The translations under genes and the position numbers were made by a program. The notes beneath the pieces were generated by a model. It did not search any database and was not told where the DNA came from. It worked only from the letters and a program-made list of their open reading frames with translations. Below, piece by piece: positions 28,168-37,094 of a DNA stretch of 49,544 nucleotides. Every line of letters starts with the position of its first letter. Positions within the stretch are counted from its first letter, which is position 1. This DNA is from a virus (lineage: Duplodnaviria > Caudoviricetes): positions 1-49,544 of IMG/VR virus record IMGVR_UViG_3300044878_000120. One strand, written 5' to 3'.

Positions 28168-29874
28168 TTACAAGCTGGCAGAACCGGAGTACGGAACGGC
28201 GTGGATCGCCACCGCGGCATAGTTGATGCCGATTACCGGGGAGCACTCGAACGTCACCATGATCACGTCGCCCTCGAGCGAGGCAGTGATGTTCTTGTAC
28301 GGAGGGTTGAGCTTGTCGCCGACCAGGACACCCGGGCCGACCGGCTCAGGCTTGGACAGCTCACGCAAGCGCGAGTCGGTGCGAGAAACCGCATCGCTCA
28401 GGGCCAGCGGCGTACCCTTCGCACCGCGCAGGTCGTCCAGTACCTCGCGGACGTTACGCGCCACGAAGTCCAGGGCCACACCGCACGAAACCTCGACGCG
28501 GTTATAGTTGTCGTTGCTCAGCCAGGTGCTGATCGACTGCACAACCTTAAAGCCCTTGTTGGTCTCCTCGACGCAGAGGATGCCGCCGTTGATCAACTGA
28601 TCCGTGTCGGTAGGGTTGCGCAGCTTGCGCTCCAGGCCGCCGACCTTCAGCGACTTGTTGGTCATCGGCGTGCCAGGGTTAACCCCGGCGAAAGCGCCGG
28701 CGATCTGCGCCGCCAGGATGTACGGCGGAAACAGGGTCCAGACACCGTTGGCGTCGTAGTCGTAGAAGCCGATATGAACCAGCGAGGCGCGATCCGAGTT
28801 CAATGCCTTGGCGCGAGCAATGGCATCGGCGTCAGTGGTGCCGACATCGGTGCCGTTGATCGAGCGGCGCTCGAGGCGAGCCACGTTCGACATATACGCG
28901 CAATGCGCATCGACCATCGCGTGGACCGAAGCCAGAGGCGACAAGCCGACCACCCATTGCACGTCAGCCGCTTGCAGGGCGTCGAACGCCGCTTGCCACT
29001 CGGTATTGGTCACGGTGCCATCGGAGCCGCCCGACAGGTAGGTGTACGGGATGTTCAATGGCAGCAGGCCGGCGTTGTCCGCACGGGTCGCAGTCACGAA
29101 GCCTTCAGCGACCGAGTTGAACCAGTCGATACAGGCTTGCAGGGTCGCAGTCACGGTGAAGGCCGCGGTCTTGACGTTCTGCGTGGTCACGAAGTCCAGG
29201 GCGTTGAGGGTCGCCTTGCCGCCGTTACCGTCCACCACCGAGGCGGTGAAGCTGGTGACGCCGTTGAGACGGTCAACCAGATCCTGCACGGTCTTGTAGC
29301 TGTTGAGGTCGATGGTCGCCACGGTGGCGGCGTCGACGGTCAGCGTCAGGGTCGTGCCGTTGAGCGTCATGGTCGCAGCAGCGCCGGCGCCGACGTACTG
29401 AATGCTGAAGGCGTTGCGCGCCACGTTGTCGGCGGCGAAGTAGTTCAGGCCGAGCTGCGTGGTCAGCTTCTTGCCGCTCACCGAGCCGGCTTCGATCTTG
29501 ACGCGGATGTTGTTGGTGCTCAGGCCGTAGTCGGTCGACACCAGGTTGATCACGGCGCCGCCGACGCTGTTGTTCAGGACCAGGCTGGCCTGAGTGGCAG
29601 TATTCACGCGGATGAACACGACCTCGGACGGGCCGCCGACCTGCGCCGATGGATCGAACGCCTTTTGCACCGCTTTCAGTGCCTCACCGCCGAGCGCCTT
29701 GGCCTCGGTAGGGTTGCCGAAGCGCTGGATCTCGAACGGCTTGCCGCTATCGGATCGACCGATGATAGCCAGGACGTTGCCGACACTGAGACCGCGGTTG
29801 AACATGGCCGAATCATCGACCGCACTGACGGTTGCCGGGGAAGTCCACAGGCGACCATTAAAGAAGAAGGACAT
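28168..29874 (-). CDS. Contractile tail sheath protein
   Basis: 568 aa; LSGGSDG, P.TNK.L, LI.GG...VE, V..ISTW motifs. Confidence 0.92.
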   Translation of the reverse strand: MSFFFNGRLWTSPATVSAVDDSAMFNRGLSVGNVLAIIGRSDSGKPFEIQRFGNPTEAKALGGEALKAVQKAFDPSAQVGGPSEVVFIRVNTATQASLVLNNSVGGAVINLVSTDYGLSTNNIRVKIEAGSVSGKKLTTQLGLNYFAADNVARNAFSIQYVGAGAAATMTLNGTTLTLTVDAATVATIDLNSYKTVQDLVDRLNGVTSFTASVVDGNGGKATLNALDFVTTQNVKTAAFTVTATLQACIDWFNSVAEGFVTATRADNAGLLPLNIPYTYLSGGSDGTVTNTEWQAAFDALQAADVQWVVGLSPLASVHAMVDAHCAYMSNVARLERRSINGTDVGTTDADAIARAKALNSDRASLVHIGFYDYDANGVWTLFPPYILAAQIAGAFAGVNPGTPMTNKSLKVGGLERKLRNPTDTDQLINGGILCVEETNKGFKVVQSISTWLSNDNYNRVEVSCGVALDFVARNVREVLDDLRGAKGTPLALSDAVSRTDSRLRELSKPEPVGPGVLVGDKLNPPYKNITASLEGDVIMVTFECSPVIGINYAAVAIHAVPYSGSASL

Positions 29875-29888
29875 AGCTCAGCTCCTGG

Positions 29889-30134
29889 TTATGCCGGTTG
29901 ATTGGCGAAAGCCACATAACGGCGGTCGAACTCCGACGCGACATCCTTGCGGTGGCCGGCGGCGATCTCGGATTTTGCGAAAGCATTCAGCAGCTCGACG
30001 CGGCGATCAGTGACCGATACGCGAGTGCAATACTCCTCGAGGGTCAGGGCGAACTCGCCTTGCTCCTCGATGATTTTCGGGGCGTGCTCTTGCGGGGCAA
30101 GCTCTTGAGGGTCTTGGTCTTTGGCGCTAGCCAT
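29889..30134 (-). CDS. Small virion-module hypothetical protein
   Basis: ORF between tail completion gene and sheath; AGGAG RBS. Confidence 0.65.
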   Translation of the reverse strand: MASAKDQDPQELAPQEHAPKIIEEQGEFALTLEEYCTRVSVTDRRVELLNAFAKSEIAAGHRKDVASEFDRRYVAFANQPA

Positions 30135-30150
30135 TTTCAAACTCCTGAGT

Positions 30151-30972
30151 TCAAAGGGGATTCACAACAACATCACGAATGGCTGGGTCGATACCGCTGA
30201 CCATCGACGAGGCCACACAAGTCAAGGTGCAAGACACCATGTAGATCGGAGCCGAGTACGACTGAAAGTCCTCGGTGTCGGACATCTGGATGTCGACCTG
30301 CATCATTCCGGCCGCGTCAAACACGGCCAGGTTGCCCATCAGCACGGCCTTCATCGCCGCGCGCAGGGTCATCCGCTCATCCGCGTTCAAGCACCAGCCG
30401 ACAATCGTCAACTGCCAGCGCGAGAGGTAGCCTTCAACCGACTCCCACTCGTTCGCCAGGGCGTTGAAGGTGTCGCCGCCCAGCACGTCGCCGATAAAGC
30501 GCTCCGAGCTCGAGTCGGCCGCCACATGCAAGGTCACCACCGGCAGCGGGGTCTCCTCCATCAGTGGCGAGGCGGTCATCACCGGGATATGCCCGGTCGA
30601 GTGCGAGAGCAGGCCGCGGTCCACATAGACCTGCAAACCCAGGTCGAGGCGGTTGCGCACCACCGTCAGCGGATCCGCGGAGAGGTCGGTAAAGGTTGCG
30701 TCGGCCTTGCCGGCAGCGGACGCCGAAGGCATCCACACCGCGCCGACCAGGTAGAAGGCCCGGTAGTAAACCGTCAGCCCGTTATAGAGTCCGGCCACGT
30801 CAATCACGGCTGTCTCGGTGCCTTGGTGCACCAGCAGCGCGGACGGGTCGTCGTGGCCGGAAAAGTCGTCGGTATCCTTGCGCAGCAGACGCCACTCGGT
30901 CGCACCAGCAGGTGGCCGGAGGAGAACGCGGATCGCGTTGCCGATGTCGAGGGATTGCACGAAATAAATCAT
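30151..30972 (-). CDS. Tail completion/terminator-like protein
   Basis: Position upstream of sheath; P.V...V..DSS.ERFIGD motif. Confidence 0.6.
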   Translation of the reverse strand: MIYFVQSLDIGNAIRVLLRPPAGATEWRLLRKDTDDFSGHDDPSALLVHQGTETAVIDVAGLYNGLTVYYRAFYLVGAVWMPSASAAGKADATFTDLSADPLTVVRNRLDLGLQVYVDRGLLSHSTGHIPVMTASPLMEETPLPVVTLHVAADSSSERFIGDVLGGDTFNALANEWESVEGYLSRWQLTIVGWCLNADERMTLRAAMKAVLMGNLAVFDAAGMMQVDIQMSDTEDFQSYSAPIYMVSCTLTCVASSMVSGIDPAIRDVVVNPL

Positions 30973-30978
30973 GCGATC

Positions 30979-30994
30979 AGTGTCCCGTCACGAC
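30979..30994 (-). promoter_or_regulatory. Putative late promoter GTCGTGAC-GG-GACACT (leaderless)
   Basis: Motif copy; 6 nt between hexamer and ATG 30972. Confidence 0.7.
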
Positions 30995-30997
30995 TCC

Positions 30998-31819
30998 TCA
31001 CTTACGAAGCATTCCAAGGGTCACAGCCTGGCCGACGTTATCCTCGAGGGTCTTTTGCAGGTCGATGGCCACCTTGTCGGCCAGCTTGAGCCCTGGTTTT
31101 GCCTTGGTGATCCAGCCGTGCGACCACTCACCCATGATTCGGAACGTCAGGTAGGCCGACTTCTTCAGCTTCGAGCCATTCGGCGCCGTGTTGAAGCGCA
31201 CCATGCCGGCATAGGGGTCACTCTTGTGGTGATCCTTGAGCTTGGGCATCAGCCCCGCGGGCAGTTGGTCGCCCCAGGAGTAGGAGGTTTGCGCGACGAC
31301 GTAGCCGGAGGCCGACAGCCTGGTCTTGGCCTTGACGGTGCCGGCCGGCAGGATGCTCGAGGCTTTCAGATCCTTTGCCAGCTCATAGATCTCAGGCGGC
31401 ATTTGCGGTGCCAGGGCGCCCTCACCGCTGTCCGTTGGCGTGTTATGGCGGAACGGGATGATCAGGTAACGCATGCCCCGGCGCGGCCCGTTCTTGACGA
31501 CCCGGGTCTTTTGCGAGGTCAGCAGCGCGCGCTTCTGGTCATACGCCGGCCGACCATCCTCGATCAGGTGGGCCTTTTCGTAGTCGGAGTAAATCTCGGC
31601 CGAGTAGGAGCCGGTCATTTTCCACTTGATCGACTCGACGTATTCCGCCTTCTCCTTTTCCCACAGGTGCGCCTTGTGGATCGAATCCTTCCATTGGTAG
31701 GCGCCCATCTCGGCGGTCGACGCCACAGCCTGCGCCAGGAGCGGATAGAGTTGCTGGATCAGCCCTGAGTTCTGGTTGAGCAGTTCCGAAAGGTCGACGC
31801 TGACGCCGTAGCTGGCCAT
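30998..31819 (-). CDS. Neck/tail completion protein
   Basis: IEDG...YD.K...RYLIIPFRH, YLTFR motifs; neck cluster position. Confidence 0.62.
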   Translation of the reverse strand: MASYGVSVDLSELLNQNSGLIQQLYPLLAQAVASTAEMGAYQWKDSIHKAHLWEKEKAEYVESIKWKMTGSYSAEIYSDYEKAHLIEDGRPAYDQKRALLTSQKTRVVKNGPRRGMRYLIIPFRHNTPTDSGEGALAPQMPPEIYELAKDLKASSILPAGTVKAKTRLSASGYVVAQTSYSWGDQLPAGLMPKLKDHHKSDPYAGMVRFNTAPNGSKLKKSAYLTFRIMGEWSHGWITKAKPGLKLADKVAIDLQKTLEDNVGQAVTLGMLRK

Positions 31820-31821
31820 GA

Positions 31822-32445
31822 TTACCGCCCGAACAGGTCAAAGCGGCGCAGGGTCACGCGGCGCGGGAGTGGGTCGCCGAACTGCATCGGGCGATCCGCC
31901 GGCAGCTCCTGGTAGCAGAAATATTCCGGCGTGCGCCGCCCGGTCAGGGAAAAGGTCGTGCCCACCGGCGGCGCGATGGCGCCCCATTGAATGCGCCCAT
32001 CGGGCAGGATGGTCACCGGATCCGCCTCGCGCGGCACGTCGTTGACCATCCAGAACACACGCTCGACCGACAGGATCGGGAAGCGCACCAGGTCGCCCTG
32101 GCCGCGGGTGAAGTTGATCGAGAAAGGCTCGCTCCGGTTGCTGGCCATCACTCGGTCGAACTGGCCAATGGCGTACAGCGGGGAGTCGCAAGGGATCGAC
32201 AGCATGATGTCGCCGCCGTCCCACATGCCGAAGGCGGCGAAGTTTTTCATCTGTTCGCGGCTGACGATGCCGGCCTTGCCCGGGACCGAGGCAGCCCACA
32301 AGCGGCCCTTGCCGGCGCAGTTCGGGCAATTGGCCTTGGCCTGGCCGGAGTTCGGGTTGATGCACGGGCAGGCGTAGGAGCGACGCCATCCGAAGTCCTG
32401 GCCCATGCTGTTGAGCAGCCTGTTGAACTTGCCGGCGGAGAATCG
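31822..32445 (-). CDS. Head closure/neck protein with Cys motif
   Basis: W.R...CPC...CPNC.G.G; ATG 32445. Confidence 0.68.
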   Translation of the reverse strand, partial: RFSAGKFNRLLNSMGQDFGWRRSYACPCINPNSGQAKANCPNCAGKGRLWAASVPGKAGIVSREQMKNFAAFGMWDGGDIMLSIPCDSPLYAIGQFDRVMASNRSEPFSINFTRGQGDLVRFPILSVERVFWMVNDVPREADPVTILPDGRIQWGAIAPPVGTTFSLTGRRTPEYFCYQELPADRPMQFGDPLPRRVTLRRFDLFGR

Positions 32446-32447
32446 CA

Positions 32448-33209
32448 TCAGAGCACTCCCCACACCGGGCCGCAGATTTTTTGCTTGAGGTCGGCCAGGC
32501 GGTCGTCGATCCCCTCTTGCAGCTTCGACATATCCACCGACACCGACTGCGACAGGCCGTCCGCCGAGATCGAGCCGGATTGCGGCGCAAAGGCGTCATT
32601 GATCGTCCGCAGCACCGCCATCTGCATAATGATGTCGACGACATCGAAGTTTTCCGGCTGCGTGCAGTCCAGGCCAGCGCGATAGCGGACGTGGATCATA
32701 TGCGGGATCCGCGTGCCGGAGCCGACCGCCTGGAGCGTGAACACGGACACCGGGGCATTCGTCACACCAGGGCCTGGCACGATCTGGACCTGGCCATACT
32801 TCTTGTCGACGGTAATCCAGGTCGACGGCACCTCGAACATGGTCGTCAACATCGACGGATAGACGAAGCGCATCGACTCAATGGCGATCACCGGGCGTTG
32901 ACGCAGCATCAGTGCGCCCCAGGACTGCGAGCCGAAGAACGTCGGCTCCATGTCATAGCCTGGCTCGACCATGTACGGCTTGCCGGCCAGCGCGTCGATC
33001 TCGGCCTGGCTCGGCTCGAAGGCGAAGATCATGGTCGGCTCGAGCGGCACGCCCAGTTTGCGCCGGGCCTCAGCCTCAGCCGCTTGCAGCTTGCGCCACA
33101 GGCCATTGTCAGACGGGATCTTGCCGCCCAGGTAGGTCTCGGCAGCGGTCGACAGGTAGTCGGTTTTCAGCTCCTGGATAGCCGCAGCTTGGTCAGTAAA
33201 AATAGTCAC
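32448..33209 (-). CDS. Head-tail adaptor protein
   Basis: AE......L...LEP, L..RPV..I, Y.AG, S.S.DG.SQS motifs. Confidence 0.7.
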   Translation of the reverse strand: MTIFTDQAAAIQELKTDYLSTAAETYLGGKIPSDNGLWRKLQAAEAEARRKLGVPLEPTMIFAFEPSQAEIDALAGKPYMVEPGYDMEPTFFGSQSWGALMLRQRPVIAIESMRFVYPSMLTTMFEVPSTWITVDKKYGQVQIVPGPGVTNAPVSVFTLQAVGSGTRIPHMIHVRYRAGLDCTQPENFDVVDIIMQMAVLRTINDAFAPQSGSISADGLSQSVSVDMSKLQEGIDDRLADLKQKICGPVWGVL

Positions 33210-33239
33210 GGGTCGCCCTCGGCGGTCACATTGAATTGA

Positions 33240-33255
33240 ATGCTGGCATCACGAC
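33240..33255 (-). promoter_or_regulatory. Putative late promoter GTCGTGAT-GC-CAGCAT
   Basis: Motif copy (1 mismatch) directly after a terminator. Confidence 0.62.
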
Positions 33256-33262
33256 CGGACAC

Positions 33263-33286
33263 AAAAACGCCGGGACAGGCCCGGCG
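33263..33286 (-). terminator. Intrinsic terminator
   Basis: CGCCGGG/CCCGGCG stem with T5 on minus strand. Confidence 0.75.
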
Positions 33287-33307
33287 CTCTTGCATATCCG
33301 CGAGGAG

Positions 33308-33523
33308 TTACGCCTTGCCGGCGTCATCTTCAGCAGGCTTGTCAGCAGCCTTGTCGGCGGCCTTGCCTTGAGCCTTGATCACCTCGTAACCCGGGATCGA
33401 GGCGAAGTAATCGGCCACATCCTGGTCGACGTTGGCCGAGATCAAACCTTTTTCGGTTTGCTTGAACTCGACACCGTTGATGTTGGTCGAGGCGTTTTTG
33501 AGCGTGCAAAGAATCAGCGGCAT
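33308..33523 (-). CDS. Small head-module protein
   Basis: 71-aa ORF with GGAGA RBS. Confidence 0.65.
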   Translation of the reverse strand: MPLILCTLKNASTNINGVEFKQTEKGLISANVDQDVADYFASIPGYEVIKAQGKAADKAADKPAEDDAGKA

Positions 33524-33544
33524 GGGTTTCTCCCCTTGGGTTTA

Positions 33545-33847
33545 TTAGGACATCAGACCGGCGGTTTTCATCGCCGTCAGAATCGCGTTGACCTTGGCTT
33601 CCACCAGGCCGAGGCGGGTATGAACGAGACCAGCCAGCGCATCGACGGAGGCGTTGACGTTGGTGGCGGTCGGCGTTGCGCCACCGGCGGTAGCAGCGGC
33701 GGTAAACGCCGATTGCGCGGCCAGCGCAGCCACGGAGTCGACCGGGCCAGTGGCGCCGGCAGCGATAGCCGCAGCGACCGCTTCAGAGGCTTCCAGGCTG
33801 GCCAGTGCGACCGCGAGGCGGTGTTTGGTTTCTTTGTCGAGAGCCAT
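33545..33847 (-). CDS. Putative head fibre/decoration protein
   Basis: Ala-rich; ends KVNAILTAMKTAGLM, typical of head-fibre C-termini. Confidence 0.55.
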   Translation of the reverse strand: MALDKETKHRLAVALASLEASEAVAAAIAAGATGPVDSVAALAAQSAFTAAATAGGATPTATNVNASVDALAGLVHTRLGLVEAKVNAILTAMKTAGLMS

Positions 33848-33867
33848 GTTGCTTCTCCAATCAGACG

Positions 33868-33894
33868 AAAAAAGCGGGAGCTATGAGCCCCCGC
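33868..33894 (-). terminator. Intrinsic terminator after major capsid gene
   Basis: GCGGGGGCT/AGCTCCCGC stem then T6 on minus strand. Confidence 0.75.
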
Positions 33895-33910
33895 CAGGAT
33901 CAGCCAGCGA

Positions 33911-35359
33911 TTAGTCGCTGAATGGACGCCACAGCGCGCCGGACGGCACGATGTTCTCGATGATGCAGTGGTGCTTACGCTTGCCGATGCGCAGGTAACC
34001 GAACAGCATCTGAGCCCAAGGAATCACCGCCGAGGCAGTTGGGTACAGAGCGAACTTGGTCATCGGCAGCATTTGACGCCAGGTGATCGCCTGGCTACCG
34101 GCGGACATATTGAGCATGTACGCCTTGGTAGTGCCCGGGATCTTGCGGTTCAAGTCGACGAACACGGTTTGCGCGCCGGTACGCGGGATGCGGACCATTT
34201 GACGCAGGTCGGTCAGTTGGTTGGTGCCGCCCTTACGGCCGCGGTAGATCACATAACCGGTCTCGGTGCCAGGGATCGAGGCGTCGATGGTCAGGGTGAC
34301 CTTGCCGCCTTGAGCCACAGCAACCTGAGCAGTCACCAGGGATTGCGACTGACCGGCAGCGTTCACGCCGGCGACGGCGTAGTAGTAGTTACCGGCATGG
34401 TTGCCGTTCCACTTGGAATCCGCAGGACCAGCAGCAGCCACGGCAGCCACAGCGTTCGGCTTGAAGGCGTTCAAAGCAGCGACCGCCGGGTACAGGGTCT
34501 CGAATGGAGCCTGTTGACGTTCGTCGCGGATGAACACGTTCGGGATGGTTTTGATGTCACCCCAGGAGGTGCTGATACCTTTAACCGGCGCACCGATCAT
34601 CAGTTCCTGGCTACCACCGGTCAGCGACACACGGAAGGCCGGGTCGAGGTGGGTGTTGAAGTCGCTTTGAGTAAGCTGCGACATGAACAGGTGGGTCGGC
34701 GTACCGAAGTTGCCGAAGCCAGCGATGGTGGAGGCGGCCTGGTCGATCAGGGAGATCGAGTTCAGCTCGGCACCAGCGGCGTCGAGAACGTGGTCAGCGG
34801 AGTCCAGGCTGGCGATCTGTGCACCGATACCGTCGAACTCGGTAGGGACGACAGCGGAGTCACCCTCGAAGCTCAGGTATTCGGCGTCGGTCAGCAGTTG
34901 CAGAGCGCCGTTTTGCGCTTCAACCGCTTCAGCTTCGACGATGGAGTTTTGCAGGGTCGAAACGAACGACACCTCACGGCGGGTCATCAGGAACTTGACC
35001 ATGCCGACGCGGCGGTTGTACTGACCTTGAGCGCCCTGAATGGTGCCGACTTCAGAGTTGGTCGAGCCGCCCAGGAAGCCGCCGACGCCAGACTGTTCAG
35101 TCCATTCGTCCACGGTCGCAGTGGCGTTCGACTTGGCCAGTTCGTTGAACAAGGCAAAGTGCTTGTTCTCCTGGATGGTCGCCATCATGGTTTTTTCAAG
35201 GGACTGGATACGCAGAGCGCCAGCGCCTTGCAGTTGGGCAACGTCGGTGCCGTAGCCAGCTTCGAGCGCTTTGCGCATCTCGGCTACATCACCCATACCC
35301 ATTTCGCCGGTAACGGTTTGGCTACCGGCGGCATTTGGAAGAATTGCAGGATTCAACAT
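33911..35359 (-). CDS. Major capsid protein (SPO1/Twort-like family)
   Basis: K-ALEAGYG...GALR.QSLE, E..SF.GD, EFDG, FGT.T..FM, FVD.N..IP.T, LPM.K motifs resemble Herelleviridae capsids as recalled. Confidence 0.88.
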   Translation of the reverse strand: MLNPAILPNAAGSQTVTGEMGMGDVAEMRKALEAGYGTDVAQLQGAGALRIQSLEKTMMATIQENKHFALFNELAKSNATATVDEWTEQSGVGGFLGGSTNSEVGTIQGAQGQYNRRVGMVKFLMTRREVSFVSTLQNSIVEAEAVEAQNGALQLLTDAEYLSFEGDSAVVPTEFDGIGAQIASLDSADHVLDAAGAELNSISLIDQAASTIAGFGNFGTPTHLFMSQLTQSDFNTHLDPAFRVSLTGGSQELMIGAPVKGISTSWGDIKTIPNVFIRDERQQAPFETLYPAVAALNAFKPNAVAAVAAAGPADSKWNGNHAGNYYYAVAGVNAAGQSQSLVTAQVAVAQGGKVTLTIDASIPGTETGYVIYRGRKGGTNQLTDLRQMVRIPRTGAQTVFVDLNRKIPGTTKAYMLNMSAGSQAITWRQMLPMTKFALYPTASAVIPWAQMLFGYLRIGKRKHHCIIENIVPSGALWRPFSD

Positions 35360-35371
35360 GGAATCAGTCCT

Positions 35372-36094
35372 TTAAGAAGCGAAAACGCGGTTAACAATGT
35401 CGGCCGGTACAGCCAGACCCTTCTGGAGGTAACCCTCAGCCACGCTAACGTCACGACCTGAGAGGCGGCCGGCGATTTGCGCTTGCAGGGCTTTCGCCAT
35501 GAACTCTTGAGGGGGCAGGCCGGCAGGCTCTTGGGCCTTGGCCATAGGGGTCGCACCAGGTTTTTCAGCCATCGACACGACAGCGACGCGGCCGCGGCCC
35601 TGGTTGGAGAGAGCGGCAACCTGGTCGCCCAGCGACTTGATCATTGCGCCCTGGTTCAGCAGGTCAGCGGCCTGAGACTTGATCAGGTCGACCGCCATGC
35701 CGATTGCCTTCTCGGCGCCGCTTTCGGATTGCTCCAAGCGCAGGGTCAGCGACTTGACCATCTCGGTCGCGTCCACGACTTCGATCCGGTTGCCCTCGTC
35801 GTCGTACATGAAGGACTTGCCCATCGGCAGCTCGTCGCTCTCGTCGCCATCACCACCTTCAGCGGCAGCAGCAGCGGCAGCAGTGGCAGCGGCAGCAGCG
35901 CCGGCCTCAGCACCACCTTCAGAGCCGCCTTCAGCAGCAGCGCCGCCTTCTGGCAGGGTGGCGCCGGCTTCAGCCGCAGCACCGGAAATCTTGTCGTCAT
36001 CCTTGGCACCATCGGACGCCAGGGACTTCGCCATTACTTGCTCGCGCTGGTCGTGCAGCGCTTGCAGGTCTCCCAACAAAGTTTCAAAGCTCAT
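35372..36094 (-). CDS. Putative scaffolding protein
   Basis: Between protease and capsid; acidic/Ala-rich; repeated hydrophobic-x-K-[SA] sites. Confidence 0.65.
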   Translation of the reverse strand: MSFETLLGDLQALHDQREQVMAKSLASDGAKDDDKISGAAAEAGATLPEGGAAAEGGSEGGAEAGAAAAATAAAAAAAEGGDGDESDELPMGKSFMYDDEGNRIEVVDATEMVKSLTLRLEQSESGAEKAIGMAVDLIKSQAADLLNQGAMIKSLGDQVAALSNQGRGRVAVVSMAEKPGATPMAKAQEPAGLPPQEFMAKALQAQIAGRLSGRDVSVAEGYLQKGLAVPADIVNRVFAS

Positions 36095-36996
36095 CGGTTG
36101 TTCTTCCTCAAACCATTTTCAAGATCACCAAGGAAGCGCCCAACAGAAGCCGCGGCGATGTCGGGAGACATGCCGTAGCGTGCTTGCGCAACCTTGACCA
36201 GTTCGGCGGGCTTGTAGCTCTTGACCTCGCCAGAGCGGATGCGGGAGGCCAGGTCGTCTCGGAAATCCCAATAGGACATGACGCCGCCTTCCAGGGACTG
36301 TTTGCGCAGCGCGCCACCGCCGGCGAGCGCCGCGGAATCAGTCCCATACCCCGCCTCGATTGCCTTGGCGAAGTCAAAACCGTCAGCGCTCCAGGACTTC
36401 GCCAGCGCACCGAATGGCACGGTGGAAACGGTCGCGAGGTTCGCGTTGACGGGCGTTTTCGAGAAACCGATGTTCGACCAGCGCACCTTGTTGATCACCG
36501 CGCGCTTGCCCCTGGTCTCAGGGTCGATCACGACGGACTTGCTGATCACGGCGCCGCCCACGGACGGATACCAGCGCGCCGGCGGGCTCAGCTCGGTCAG
36601 GCTCGACCAGAAGGCGTTGGCCTTCTCAGCGGCCGGGCCGGCGCCGGAGTAGATCTGGCCCTTCACGAAGGTGCGGCCATCACGCACGGTCACCGATACC
36701 GGCCGACCGATCTCGAACAGCTCGTAATTCGGGATGCCCGAACGCGCGCCGATCTGCGTGTAGTGGTCGATGTCCAGGTTGCCGAACTTGAGGTAGTAGT
36801 CGGAGGAGTCCGACAGCGCCTTCGCCAGGACGACCTCGTTTTGCTGGTCGACCGACTCGTTCGAGGCTTCCAGGTAAATGAAGCGCTCACCCGATTCAAC
36901 GGCGGGCGTCGCCTTCAGCATCTGCGTGATGCTCAGGTAACCAGGGACTGCGTTCAGCAGCGTCTGGTCTTCGGGGGAAATCAGGTCTGTATTCAT
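36091..36996 (-). CDS. Prohead protease
   Basis: EAS.E.VD.Q.E, G..D.DH, IG.P, SVGG, PVN motifs; ATG 36996. Confidence 0.8.
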   Translation of the reverse strand: MNTDLISPEDQTLLNAVPGYLSITQMLKATPAVESGERFIYLEASNESVDQQNEVVLAKALSDSSDYYLKFGNLDIDHYTQIGARSGIPNYELFEIGRPVSVTVRDGRTFVKGQIYSGAGPAAEKANAFWSSLTELSPPARWYPSVGGAVISKSVVIDPETRGKRAVINKVRWSNIGFSKTPVNANLATVSTVPFGALAKSWSADGFDFAKAIEAGYGTDSAALAGGGALRKQSLEGGVMSYWDFRDDLASRIRSGEVKSYKPAELVKVAQARYGMSPDIAAASVGRFLGDLENGLRKNNR

Positions 36997-37003
36997 GTAG
37001 CCA

Positions 37004-37019
37004 ATGGTTTTGTCACGAC
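37004..37019 (-). promoter_or_regulatory. Putative late promoter GTCGTGAC-AA-AACCAT (leaderless)
   Basis: Motif copy at head of structural operon; 7 nt to ATG 36996. Confidence 0.7.
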
Positions 37020-37065
37020 CACCGGCGCGGCAAAAACCGCAAGGAATTCTTTTTAATGTTCCTTG

Positions 37066-37094
37066 TTGCACTTTATCTCAAAGGTAAATAAGAT
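37066..37094 (+). promoter_or_regulatory. Sigma70 promoter TTGCAC-N17-TAAGAT with operator TATCT-CAA-AGGTA (37074-37086) in spacer
   Basis: Near-consensus hexamers, 17-bp spacer, AT-rich upstream tract; second site AACCG-ATG-AGGTA at 37105-37117. Confidence 0.8.

Noticed and set aside
14328-29874. Tailocin or extracellular contractile injection system
   Set aside because: Capsid, scaffold, protease and neck genes are contiguous with the tail genes
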